Position numbers and translations under genes: made by a program. A stretch of 64,000 nt of DNA from Bacilli bacterium (GTDB lineage Bacteria > Bacillota_I > Bacilli_A > RFN20 > CAG-826): contig JAGCDH010000012.1 in assembly GCA_017651165.1 (NCBI GenBank), positions 22,595-86,594 of the forward strand, written 5' to 3'. Positions within the stretch are counted from its first letter, which is position 1, and every line of letters starts with the position of its first letter. Positions 49,901 to 58,521 of the stretch are shown one piece after another. Under the pieces are notes generated by a model. That model saw only the letters and a list, made by a program, of their open reading frames with translations. It did no database searches and was not told the DNA's origin.

Positions 49901-51133
49901 AGCATAACTACCTAAAATACCTGTTTCCACCATGTCGGTTGTCCAGTGACCATAAGCACCTGTTGATGCATATGAGGATTTACCGGCGTTACCAGCGGAA
50001 ATAGAAGTTAAGATGCCAGAAGCACTTAATCTATTAATGGTTTTTAAGGAAATTGAATCAGCATCAAAGTCATCCAAGTCACTACCTAAAGACATGTTGA
50101 TGCCGTCAACATTTAATCTAATGGCATCTTCCAACGCATTAAGAATGTTGGTGTCATACATGAATAAGCCACTTTGGAAACCGAGCTTTTCGCCTAAACC
50201 TTTAGCGTCGTAATCGGTTGAAACTTTCATCAATGCTAATTGGGCTTTTGGCGCAATGCCTTTATATGTTGGGGCATTAGCAGCGGTAATGGAAGCAACG
50301 TGGCTACCATGGTAACCGAGTTTGGAGTGAACATCAAAGTCACCAACTTTCTCGGTTGAGCCTGGTTCTTTTTCTGGTGATTTACCATAGAATTTGGATG
50401 AGCCGCCGTAATCGTAATAGAAAGGAACCTTGTTATTGAAGTATCTGGAACCTTCATATCCTTCGTTTCTGCCTGGAGCTCTGTTTTTAGCGTTTAAAGT
50501 TTTGATACCTTTTAAATCATCAAAAGTGTATTTAACTTTCACATCATCATCTAATGGGCTAAATACTTCGTGGCACCACGCTGGTGTATCTTCTGCACCA
50601 TCTGCGCCCTTAATTGCACCTTGTAAGTGGAATTCGTTATCGAGAATAGCAACGATTGTGCCTTCACCATCGTTTGTATCTTCTGGCTTGTGCATTGTCT
50701 CACCAGAAATGTTGTTGGGATCGCCGAATTCGCCTTCACTACTTTCTTCGTCGTTATTAAGAGGAATTGCTTCATCTTCGTTAAAGACTTGTGTTACATG
50801 GGCTCTATCGACTGTGACACTCTTGACGCCAGGAACTTTTCTAATGTTAGCAATCTCATCGCTATTTACTTCCATGACGAACGCATTGTTAAGTACGTTG
50901 TAACGATGAACTAATCTGACGTTTTTTGTGACAAATTGTCTGATATTACCATAAACGACATCTTGTGATTGTCTCACGGCTTCTTCACTACCGAGAGATT
51001 TCAATCCGCGATTCACTTCTACAATGACGCGTGCATCTCTCTCTGGGGCTTTCCCTTGATGAGACGCAACTACACTACCCGCCGCAACAACCATTGCGCA
51101 AGTAGCACCTAGAATGAATCCAAGTTTTTTCAT
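46916..51133 (-). CDS. Cell-surface subtilase (S8; lactocepin/C5a-peptidase-like: propeptide, PA insert, C-terminal TM anchor)
   Basis: VAILD, HGSHVAS, SAGNAG, PA domain GKIVVVNRG..F..K, LKPDITTPG, SGTSMAAP, SPRIQGAG. Confidence 0.93.
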   Translation of the reverse strand: MKKLGFILGATCAMVVAAGSVVASHQGKAPERDARVIVEVNRGLKSLGSEEAVRQSQDVVYGNIRQFVTKNVRLVHRYNVLNNAFVMEVNSDEIANIRKVPGVKSVTVDRAHVTQVFNEDEAIPLNNDEESSEGEFGDPNNISGETMHKPEDTNDGEGTIVAILDNEFHLQGAIKGADGAEDTPAWCHEVFSPLDDDVKVKYTFDDLKGIKTLNAKNRAPGRNEGYEGSRYFNNKVPFYYDYGGSSKFYGKSPEKEPGSTEKVGDFDVHSKLGYHGSHVASITAANAPTYKGIAPKAQLALMKVSTDYDAKGLGEKLGFQSGLFMYDTNILNALEDAIRLNVDGINMSLGSDLDDFDADSISLKTINRLSASGILTSISAGNAGKSSYASTGAYGHWTTDMVETGILGSYANNPTAMIVASGHPIRIFYENAFQINGQNVAFEDQIVNRQGMDDDYSKEFRMKDLFDEDNPSRSWVYVPGFGTSADYSNLDVYGKIVVVNRGSTSFADKYSTAVSKGAIGLVIINNDPTASDFNFRCSFGDGFKPTMPCALVLYKDKALFESEKNGSFKIINKQVSDNPNANTLSNFSSDGLAYDLDLKPDITTPGDNIRGAVPEHAMTNLTKEEKESPKYLYKCYQYLSGTSMAAPNYAGAQSVVLSKEAKGHIARLAEINAMPSSTADEKAAKATALEEENNAYNAYRSTVDMRLMSTADPCYDLNENPETNEITLTSPRIQGAGMVDLAGALSTDVYLEGSHYDYHDEGSDTTIEISRRSKVLLKNNPDIARGDVKISFTAHNEGQETREYNVKLSIMRPALEQPNDIVTKDYNFKGDIEKVDSFTGVPFYDVDIYEMTTGTGEASYRDVFHVTRDIDYYASEADYLANKKTIISKGYYYNAATEGIDWQPLPSYTAQSTKDVLIDQVTGQTVSVAPGDSTVTINSYSLSEEVKDFILANYEYGCMIEGFVTLESKDNSPDLSIPYAGFYSGTDRDASRSYDSAPVFEPFNFEKDITKVYPSDLVNDVAKSLIGKDNVNFESMIMAGYAERPQKIITEKVLTNDQSFDKMVGFYKVGTDPVTGEYLDNPSNEIYVGNPKTSNTLIIQQFMMRSVIDNYFTITKKGESNPVYRNSLQDMLFGDTLGRWSLFKSHVDANYLSSGYVAHRAYAIVPLFDEMTGESFESGEYELTFNYILSGTGNLVSKTYTLHIDGAEPVLQSITQYRDASGEERVRFYFNDSKLAYGVIGYNRVEAHYDEDRNMYYLDETRDFVKEAAEEISDGGNMRLFVSATDYARGKQGILIHANDYDDFNKGFTTVQGTEVTVKLDFYYEQGVLEFVDMLDRTVNVGGKILINGFPANVQNNNTSNTTNSNGRSASINSAAIIIPAVIVLIGAALIAISLATKKRKEGGK

Positions 51134-51315
51134 AGTCTACCTCCTTTTTGTAAAATTACAAAAATTATAATGTATATAATATACACTTGTGACGAGCGTG
51201 TAAAGATAAAAACACTTTACTCAAAATCGAAGACAGGTTAATTAATTTTTAATTAATAATAAAAAGAGACTTTTAACGGTCTCTTACTTATTTATCAATT
51301 TGTATCGCAAACAAA

Positions 51316-51741
51316 TCACATCATTGATTCGTAGATGATGTATAGAACACCTGCGGATATCGCACATAATATACCAGCGAAAATGACAGAGACAAAAACG
51401 TATGCTGAATTGCTTCTTTTAGTGGCTTTATCCGCACGATAATCGGCGAAATGTCCATCTCTTCTTGCGTCTTTAGCAAACATCATGCTGCCCATTTGTT
51501 TGAAACCAAATGAGAAGATGTCAAAAGTGCCCATATGAGAGAGCCACATCAATAAGCCGAGAACGAGAATGACGATGCTACCGATTGTAGCACCATCGAC
51601 TGCGGCAATGATATTTTTGACTGGTCTAGTAAAGAAAATTGCACAGAAAATACCAGCGAAAATTGCCAACGAAACAAGGAATGTTACGAGGTTGGCGATC
51701 CAGTATTTTCTGACTTGTTGAAATGCTCTTTTCATATACAC
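51316..51741 (-). CDS. DUF3899-like membrane protein
   Basis: Three TMs with G.FD.FSFGFK motif; family is often found beside opp operons. Confidence 0.65.
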   Translation of the reverse strand: MYMKRAFQQVRKYWIANLVTFLVSLAIFAGIFCAIFFTRPVKNIIAAVDGATIGSIVILVLGLLMWLSHMGTFDIFSFGFKQMGSMMFAKDARRDGHFADYRADKATKRSNSAYVFVSVIFAGILCAISAGVLYIIYESMM

Positions 51742-51820
51742 CTGTCCTGTATTTTAACAAAATTGCCGCCATAAAACAAAGCGGCAATTTATGAGTTTAT
51801 AACTTGTTAAACGTTAATTG

Positions 51821-53170
51821 TTATTGCTGATAATTTTGATATGGTGGCATCGGCATTGGACGTCTGAATGACACCACTTCTTTGTTCGCAGCGATATTGG
51901 CTAACACCATATAGGCAATAGCCAAGAAGAGGACGAAGAAACCACAGATGCTTGGCATACCGGCAACGAATTCTGAAGTACCGTTGGAAACATAATAGAA
52001 GGCAACGGATAAAATACTGAGAATTGATGAAACGCCAGTAAAGATAATGGTTGAAAGTCTATAGGCTTTTCTTCTTGTTGGAGCGAATAATTCACCGAAT
52101 GACATACCACAATAGATGACAGACATCATATAGATGATGCCATGAATCAACATAAATGATCCTAATGAGGAATATTCGCTAGAACTTGATAACAAATAGT
52201 TACTGTAGGAATAGAAGAACATTGGATTTGCGGATGAACCTGTTCCAGAAACGGTAGCAACAGTTGCACCGTTAATGAAGAGGAACAAAACGATTCCGAC
52301 GACCGCAGCAGCCGCTCTTAAGATTGGAGCAGCAAGTGACTTTTTGATAATTCTGTTGTTTAAGAATGATCCCGCGACACCAATCATGAGGTAGAGAAGG
52401 AACGCCACAAAGAATAAGACGAACGCTGGCGAAGAGAATGTGAAACCTGGAATTGAGAATCCAGCAATATCACTAGTTTGTGCATAAGCGCCGAACGATA
52501 ATACAAAGAAAACCGCATAGAAGCCAATCGCATATCCGAGGGTGCCATATTTTGGCATATCTTTACGAATTAATCCTTGAATACCACTGATGAGGGCAAT
52601 CGTTCCAAAGGAAAGGAAGCCTACTAACGGTAAGAAGCACAATAAGATTTCAAGTGTACGATACATGACTGCGAAATTAGTCACGCCAGAGAAATTGAAC
52701 AAATCAAAGAAAATACGGAAGTAGTTATAACCACTACCATTTACCACTGGAATGACCAAGGTAACGAGCAACAATACATAAATTAAGAAAATGCCAATAC
52801 AAGAAACCAAACTTCTCACTAATGGAAGTGGTCCAGTAGGTTTGGCGGCATTTTGGTTATAGCCTTGTGGCATTGGTTGTTGTTGATAATATGGCTGCTG
52901 TTGGAAAACAGGTCTTGGTTGTTGTTGAACTGGAGCTGGCTGAGGGGCTGGAGCTGGTGCAGGAGCTGGCTGAGGAGCTGGAGCTTGTCCACCTTGTCTT
53001 AAATTAAAACCACAGATTGGGCAGAAAGCCGCTGATGGATCGACTGGTTGACCACACTTTGGGCAAGTTGGAGCTTTTGGTTGTTGTTGCTCTTCAACTT
53101 TTGCGCCACAGCTAGGACAGAATTTAGCGCCTTCCATTAAATCAGCGCCACATTGATTACATTTTGGCAT
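51821..53170 (-). CDS. Double zinc-ribbon, Pro/Gln-rich, polytopic membrane protein
   Basis: Four CxxCG knuckles, PAPQ repeats, about 8 TM segments. Confidence 0.75.
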   Translation of the reverse strand: MPKCNQCGADLMEGAKFCPSCGAKVEEQQQPKAPTCPKCGQPVDPSAAFCPICGFNLRQGGQAPAPQPAPAPAPAPQPAPVQQQPRPVFQQQPYYQQQPMPQGYNQNAAKPTGPLPLVRSLVSCIGIFLIYVLLLVTLVIPVVNGSGYNYFRIFFDLFNFSGVTNFAVMYRTLEILLCFLPLVGFLSFGTIALISGIQGLIRKDMPKYGTLGYAIGFYAVFFVLSFGAYAQTSDIAGFSIPGFTFSSPAFVLFFVAFLLYLMIGVAGSFLNNRIIKKSLAAPILRAAAAVVGIVLFLFINGATVATVSGTGSSANPMFFYSYSNYLLSSSSEYSSLGSFMLIHGIIYMMSVIYCGMSFGELFAPTRRKAYRLSTIIFTGVSSILSILSVAFYYVSNGTSEFVAGMPSICGFFVLFLAIAYMVLANIAANKEVVSFRRPMPMPPYQNYQQ

Positions 53171-53260
53171 AACTATACCTCTTAAACATTCATCGCGTTT
53201 TTCTTATTTTAAAATGATTCATCTTAAAAATAAAGATTGTAACAAGTGTCGTTATAAACA

Positions 53261-53292
53261 AAAATCCCCTTCTATTTAATAGAAAGGGACTT
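53261..53292 (-). terminator. Terminator after tRNA-Ala
   Basis: TCCCTTTCTATT-a-AATAGAAGGGGA followed by TTTT on the minus strand. Confidence 0.75.
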
Positions 53293-53368
53293 TGGTGGAT
53301 CCAACGAGGATCGAACTCGCTACCTCATCGTTGCGAACGATGCGCTCTCCCAGATGAGCTATGGACCC
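53293..53368 (-). tRNA. tRNA-Ala(CGC)
   Basis: 76-nt cloverleaf GGGTCCA..CATCG-TTCGCAA-CGATG..TTCGATC..TGGATCC-A-CCA; G3.U70 Ala identity pair; encoded CCA. Confidence 0.97.
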
Positions 53369-53417
53369 ATATCTAGTTAGCGGTAAATATAATAATTTTA
53401 TTTTTAACAAAAATCAA

Positions 53418-54524
53418 TTAAACGTTATAGGCAGAGATATCAATCAGCATTTCTTCTTTAGTGTTTCCGGCGTGATGACCTTTGAAGAAATCCATCTTTT
53501 TCATTTCCTTAGAAGCATATAAGCAATACTCATCTTTACTCGTGGCAACATAATCACCAATAAACGCGATAGATTTGAAATTAACAACACCATCACCAAA
53601 GATTCTTTCTTGAAGAACTTCTTCTTTGCTCAACAAATCAAAGTGTTCACCATAATACTTGTTAAATAGTTTTTTGAATTCTTCGATTTTATTTTCTTCG
53701 ACAAAGAATGTTGGTGTTCTTTTTTCAAAAGAAAGTGGTAATCTAAGCAAACTATATAAATCATCGTGCTCACATATATCTAAATATTTAACATTGATAT
53801 GTCCATGATCCGCGAAAGTAAAGAAGATTGTGTCTTTATTCCTGTCACAAATCGATTCCACTATTTTGTTTATTTTGTTAATCATCTTATGGATGCGTTT
53901 ACTATCGATGCCAAGTTCATGCATTTCTCTATCTGGTGAATCAAAATAGAAATAGGCAACGCATTGATCAACGCCTTTTAAGGTCTTATTAATTCTCTTT
54001 TTCAAGCCTCTTAAAGACTTAGGACCCTTTTGGTCAATTGGAAATCTTTTAATATCAAATGCATACACGTCCCTATTATTTTCGTTGATTAGTTCAAGAA
54101 TGGGCTTAATTGGTAATTCGTCATTAGCGATACCTTTTGGTTCGATTTCTTCTTCGCTATTATAGTCAACGTTTTTAAACAAGATAATGTTTCTTTGATA
54201 CCTTTCAAAATATTGCGCCCAAGACATCCAACCTGTTTCAATTGGATATTTGCCTGTTAAGAACGCTGTTGTGGCAGCGGTTGTGGTTGGTGGGAAAGTA
54301 GAATTAATCGTACACAAATAGTTCTTTCTAATGAAAGAATCTTCCTCTAAATGTTTTCTGACAATATTTTGGCCCATTCCATCAAATAGAATGAGGGCGA
54401 CTTTTTTATGTCCTTTTAAAGCGTTATCGACAGCCTCTTCTGTTTGATGAAAAGGAGTCACACCAAAATGCTTTAAGATACTATTTGAGAATGTCACTAA
54501 GTTGTGGTCGTTATAGTTTTTCAT
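53418..54524 (-). CDS. Alkaline phosphatase superfamily / nucleotide pyrophosphatase-phosphodiesterase
   Basis: LFDGMG, STFPPTT, D...H, ADHGH, GHHAG metal and nucleophile motifs. Confidence 0.85.
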   Translation of the reverse strand: MKNYNDHNLVTFSNSILKHFGVTPFHQTEEAVDNALKGHKKVALILFDGMGQNIVRKHLEEDSFIRKNYLCTINSTFPPTTTAATTAFLTGKYPIETGWMSWAQYFERYQRNIILFKNVDYNSEEEIEPKGIANDELPIKPILELINENNRDVYAFDIKRFPIDQKGPKSLRGLKKRINKTLKGVDQCVAYFYFDSPDREMHELGIDSKRIHKMINKINKIVESICDRNKDTIFFTFADHGHINVKYLDICEHDDLYSLLRLPLSFEKRTPTFFVEENKIEEFKKLFNKYYGEHFDLLSKEEVLQERIFGDGVVNFKSIAFIGDYVATSKDEYCLYASKEMKKMDFFKGHHAGNTKEEMLIDISAYNV

Positions 54525-54665
54525 TGTTATTTCCTAAATCGCCACCCTTTTAATGAGTGGAGATTAATATAACAAATAATTTTCAATATTGCATAGAAAA
54601 AAATACAAAATGCATGTCAAGACTGAAAAGATATATTTTTCTTGTGTATAATACACTCACCCCTT

Positions 54666-55910
54666 ATGGAAAAAAGAACAATTGCAGTCATTGACTTAAA
54701 AGCTTTTTACTCATATGTTGAGTGCCTTGATCGAGGATTAGATCCTTGGAAAGCACCACTCGTGGTGGCGGATAAAGATAGAGGCACTAATACGATTGTT
54801 TTAAGTGTGTCCCCATATCTTAAAAAACAAGGTATCCCATCAAGATGTCGCATTAAAGAATTACCAAAGAAATTTAAATACATTTATGCTGTCCCAAGAA
54901 TGGAAAGATACTTAGAAAAAAGCGCGAATGTCATCAGTGTTCTTTATCACTTTGTCGCTGAGGAAGACGTCCATGTCTATTCCATTGATGAAGCATTTAT
55001 AGATTTAACAACTTATCTTAATTATTACAAAAAGACACCATTACAGATGGTCACCACTATTATTAATCAAATAAAAGAGGAAACGGGCCTACAGGCGACC
55101 GCGGGTGTAGGTGATAATTTCTTTTTAGCCAAAGTAGCGTTAGATATTTACGCTAAAACAGCCAGAAATGGTATTGCGAGATTATCTAGCGATGAGATCA
55201 AAGAGAAACTATGGCCCATCACACCATTACACAAAGTATGGAGTATTGGCGAAAGAACAGAAGCCAAACTCAATAAAATGAATATCTTCACTGTCAAAGA
55301 TATCGCTAATTCCAATATCGATTACTTAAAAAGTAAGTTTGGCATTATGGGCGAACAATTATGGAGACACGCTAATGGAATTGATGATGCTGATATCCAC
55401 GAACACTATGAACCGAAAGAAAGAAGCTTTTCATTAGGGCAAGTTTTGTTTAGAGATTATCAAAAAGATGAAGCTATCACCATCATTAGAGAAATGGTCG
55501 ATACATTGGCGGGCAGAATGAGAAATGATAATAAGATGTGTAATACAGTTTCTTTATATATTGGTTATTCAAAGAATCAAGGTGGTTTCTCAAGAAGAGC
55601 AACTCTGTTATCCACGACTGACGATAGCAAAGTATTATTGGACGCTATTCTAGAAATATATCGTAAACATGTAAAAGATTTACCAATCAGAAATATTGGT
55701 ATCTATTTTGGCAATCTTGTGAAAGCATCACACCAGCAATTGAATCTATTTGAAGATGAGAACAAACAAATCAAGCGTCATAATCTGCAAAAAGCGGTTG
55801 ATGAATTGCATAGCAAGTTTGGTAATAACTCTGTTCTAAGAGCGTCATCTCTTTTAGAGGAAAGCACTATTAAAGAAAGAAATGAATTTATAGGAGGACA
55901 TCGTAAATGA
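54666..55910 (+). CDS. Y-family DNA polymerase (UmuC/UvrX/DinB-like)
   Basis: IDLKAFY.SVEC-like motif, YSIDEAFID, AKVALD, C-terminal QLNLF and IGGH. Confidence 0.92.
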   Translation: MEKRTIAVIDLKAFYSYVECLDRGLDPWKAPLVVADKDRGTNTIVLSVSPYLKKQGIPSRCRIKELPKKFKYIYAVPRMERYLEKSANVISVLYHFVAEEDVHVYSIDEAFIDLTTYLNYYKKTPLQMVTTIINQIKEETGLQATAGVGDNFFLAKVALDIYAKTARNGIARLSSDEIKEKLWPITPLHKVWSIGERTEAKLNKMNIFTVKDIANSNIDYLKSKFGIMGEQLWRHANGIDDADIHEHYEPKERSFSLGQVLFRDYQKDEAITIIREMVDTLAGRMRNDNKMCNTVSLYIGYSKNQGGFSRRATLLSTTDDSKVLLDAILEIYRKHVKDLPIRNIGIYFGNLVKASHQQLNLFEDENKQIKRHNLQKAVDELHSKFGNNSVLRASSLLEESTIKERNEFIGGHRK

Positions 55911-56221
55911 GCGAACGCGGCATGAAAAAATGGGCTCCTTATAAATCATTAATTGAGCAAGAAAAATATCTTAAAAAAGCTAGTGATAACAATGAAAAAC
56001 AAGTAAGGCCTCAAATCTCGAGTGATGAGGCTGAAATCATTAATGAAATACTTGTTAATTACCACGGTGAAGAACTATTAATTTCCTATTGGAGAAATGA
56101 GAAAATCAATACCATGTCGGCTATTTTGGTCAAAATCGACGCTTTAAACAAAAAGATTGTCCTCCCAAACAGAAGAACAATCTATTTCCGTGAATTAATC
56201 GGTTTAGAAAGGGTTAGATAG
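55907..56221 (+). CDS. YolD-like protein (partner of the Y-family polymerase)
   Basis: RGMKKWAPY.SL N-terminus; ATGA overlap with the polymerase. Confidence 0.85.
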   Translation: MSERGMKKWAPYKSLIEQEKYLKKASDNNEKQVRPQISSDEAEIINEILVNYHGEELLISYWRNEKINTMSAILVKIDALNKKIVLPNRRTIYFRELIGLERVR

Positions 56222-57440
56222 CCCAAGTACCATCTTTAAAGATTTGTACTTTCTTACCATCCTTATCAATACCGATGATAGAAAGATCTCTTGTACCCAC
56301 CATGAAGTCAACGTGAATCATTGATTCATTAATACCGACTTCTTTTCTTTGTTCTGGGCTCATATCAAGAGCGCCCGGATATAAATCTGGGAAACCTGCG
56401 CCTAAAGCCACGTGGCAACAAGCGTTTTCATCAAATAATGTTTCATAGAATAATAAACCAGTTTGATTAATTGGGGATTCAAATGGCACTAAAGCAACTT
56501 CGCCTAACATCGAAGCGCCTTCATCCATCTTGACCATCTTTTCTAATAAGGATTGGTTCTTTCTAGCTTTGACTGCGCAGACTTTACCATCTTTAAAGGA
56601 AATGGAGAAGTCTTCAATAAGTTCACCATTATAAGATAATGGTTTAGAAGCTACTAATGTGCCTTCAGCCTTACCTCTCATTGGAGTAGTAAACACTTCT
56701 TCACTTGGGATATTTGGATTGAAAGGGCCTTTATTTGGTGCTTCTTCCACACCACCACCCCAATGCATTTTGTCCACTAATTCCACTTGGAAATCAGTAC
56801 CATTGCTGGCTTTATAAACGAGTTTCTTTAATCCAAGACTTTCTAATTTCTTTCTTTGATTAATTAAGAAACTATTGTGGTCATCCCAGTTTTTAACTGG
56901 ATCGTTGCCATCCACTCTCGATGTTTTAAGAATCGCACCCCATAAAGCTTCCATTGCTTCTTCTTCGTTGAGTTTTGGAAATACCTTCTTAGCCCAGGCT
57001 GGTCCTGGAACAGCGGCGATACACCATTTATATTTGCCATCCATTGCTTCGCGATATGGTTTGACCTTTGGATAGCTCTTTGCGATTGATTTGGTAACCT
57101 TGTTTTGATTAACGCCTTTCATCGCATCTGGATCATCGGAAATGATATGGATGACTGTCGGGAGTTTCTTCACCCAATATTTGTATTTAGCAAGAACAAT
57201 AGGACTAATTTTTGATAAGTTACCTAAAGTTTGATATTTATATCCTAATTTTTGGACCGGGTCATGATGCCAGAAAACAGTTACTGTTTTAGCGCCGGCT
57301 TTATAGCATTCTTCCACGACCATTGTGACGAAATCTGGTTGTTCTAAACCCGCATTAATCCATACCTCATCACCTTTTAAAACGTGACCGCCTTGTTTAG
57401 CAATTAATCTTGCATAATCTCTTAATAATTTCTCTTCCAT
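56214..57440 (-). CDS. Aminopeptidase, M29 family (AmpS/PepS)
   Basis: NIPSEEVFT, LGEVALV, LFDENACCHVALG, SMIHVDFM. Confidence 0.93.
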   Translation of the reverse strand: MEEKLLRDYARLIAKQGGHVLKGDEVWINAGLEQPDFVTMVVEECYKAGAKTVTVFWHHDPVQKLGYKYQTLGNLSKISPIVLAKYKYWVKKLPTVIHIISDDPDAMKGVNQNKVTKSIAKSYPKVKPYREAMDGKYKWCIAAVPGPAWAKKVFPKLNEEEAMEALWGAILKTSRVDGNDPVKNWDDHNSFLINQRKKLESLGLKKLVYKASNGTDFQVELVDKMHWGGGVEEAPNKGPFNPNIPSEEVFTTPMRGKAEGTLVASKPLSYNGELIEDFSISFKDGKVCAVKARKNQSLLEKMVKMDEGASMLGEVALVPFESPINQTGLLFYETLFDENACCHVALGAGFPDLYPGALDMSPEQRKEVGINESMIHVDFMVGTRDLSIIGIDKDGKKVQIFKDGTWAI

Positions 57441-57497
57441 ATTGATTTATAATTTCCTTTCAAAGAAACTATAATAGTAATTACGGAGGAAATCCAT

Positions 57498-58142
57498 ATG
57501 AAGAGTTTATTTAGTAAATATGTTTGGTTACGCTTTATCCTTTCAATTTCGCTTTTATTCGCGGGAACATTAATTATTATTTTTGCAGCTACTAATAAAG
57601 GAAACATCTTACAAGATGGCTTAGATATTATTGCCGCTACAATCTTATTCCTATTTGGTTTGTTCGCCATTATTTCTTCATTCTTCTTTGAATCAAATAG
57701 TGCGATTACCAACGGCTTATTGTATGGCTCAGCATGTATTGCTTTAGGCATCTTCTTATGCACAGATAAATTCCATTTATTACCATATGTAGTGCTCCTC
57801 TTATCAATATTCTTTGTGGTTATTGGTAGCGTGGAACTTATCAAAGGCCTCTTAATGATTGCTCAGAAATTCAAGAATGTGACTTATATCATTTTGACAT
57901 TCGTGTTTGCCGCATTATTCATCACAGGTGGTATCTTAGCCATTTGCAATCAAGGCAAAGCCACAACTGCATTATGCATTATCGGTGGCATCTTACTTGT
58001 GGCTTGTGGTGCTTATCAAATGGTGGTTGGTATTAAAGTTATGTCCGCTAAAAAAGGAAACAGAAACAATAAACCAGCTAGAAGATCTGCTCCTAAGAAA
58101 GAATCTCAAAAAGAAGTCAAAGAGATTGACTACACCAAATAA
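57498..58142 (+). CDS. Membrane protein (DUF308/HdeD-like)
   Basis: Six TM helices arranged as repeated hairpins; basic C-terminal tail. Confidence 0.55.
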   Translation: MKSLFSKYVWLRFILSISLLFAGTLIIIFAATNKGNILQDGLDIIAATILFLFGLFAIISSFFFESNSAITNGLLYGSACIALGIFLCTDKFHLLPYVVLLLSIFFVVIGSVELIKGLLMIAQKFKNVTYIILTFVFAALFITGGILAICNQGKATTALCIIGGILLVACGAYQMVVGIKVMSAKKGNRNNKPARRSAPKKESQKEVKEIDYTK

Positions 58143-58159
58143 TTACTGTTTTATGTAAT

Positions 58160-58197
58160 AAAAAAATGGATCCAAAACGGATCCATTTTTCTTTTTT
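58160..58197. terminator. Bidirectional terminator
   Basis: A-tract-TGGATCC-aaaac-GGATCCA-T-tract. Confidence 0.8.
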
Positions 58198-58205
58198 AAT
58201 CTTTC

Positions 58206-58448
58206 TTACTTAGCGCCACCGGCGTTAATAATTTCAATGATTAAAGCGAGGAAGAAAAATAAGATTGCACAAATAAGAGTGAGAACAGAAACAACTTTTT
58301 CTGCACCTCTTTCTTTTGTCTTAACGAAGACGTTTAAGCCACCACCAGTAATAGCACCAGAAGCACCTTCTGATTTACCGCCTTGGAGTAAGCAGAGGAT
58401 GATGATGACAATCGCAACCCCTAACATAATGAAGTCATATGGTTTCAT
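58206..58448 (-). CDS. secG: Preprotein translocase subunit SecG
   Basis: LLQGGKSEG.SGAITGG..F.K.KERG.EK; two TMs. Confidence 0.93.
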   Translation of the reverse strand: MKPYDFIMLGVAIVIIILCLLQGGKSEGASGAITGGGLNVFVKTKERGAEKVVSVLTLICAILFFFLALIIEIINAGGAK

Positions 58449-58521
58449 ACTTTTTTAACTTCCTTTCTCAATCGCTGATACTAATAATATTAGAATCGTT
58501 TAAATAACGCAAACTTTATTT

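Noticed and set aside
53293-56221. Integrated element at tRNA-Ala carrying the Y-family polymerase/YolD cassette
   Set aside because: No integrase or phage genes, and I found no duplicated tRNA 3' end; the cassette lies on the 5' side of the tRNA
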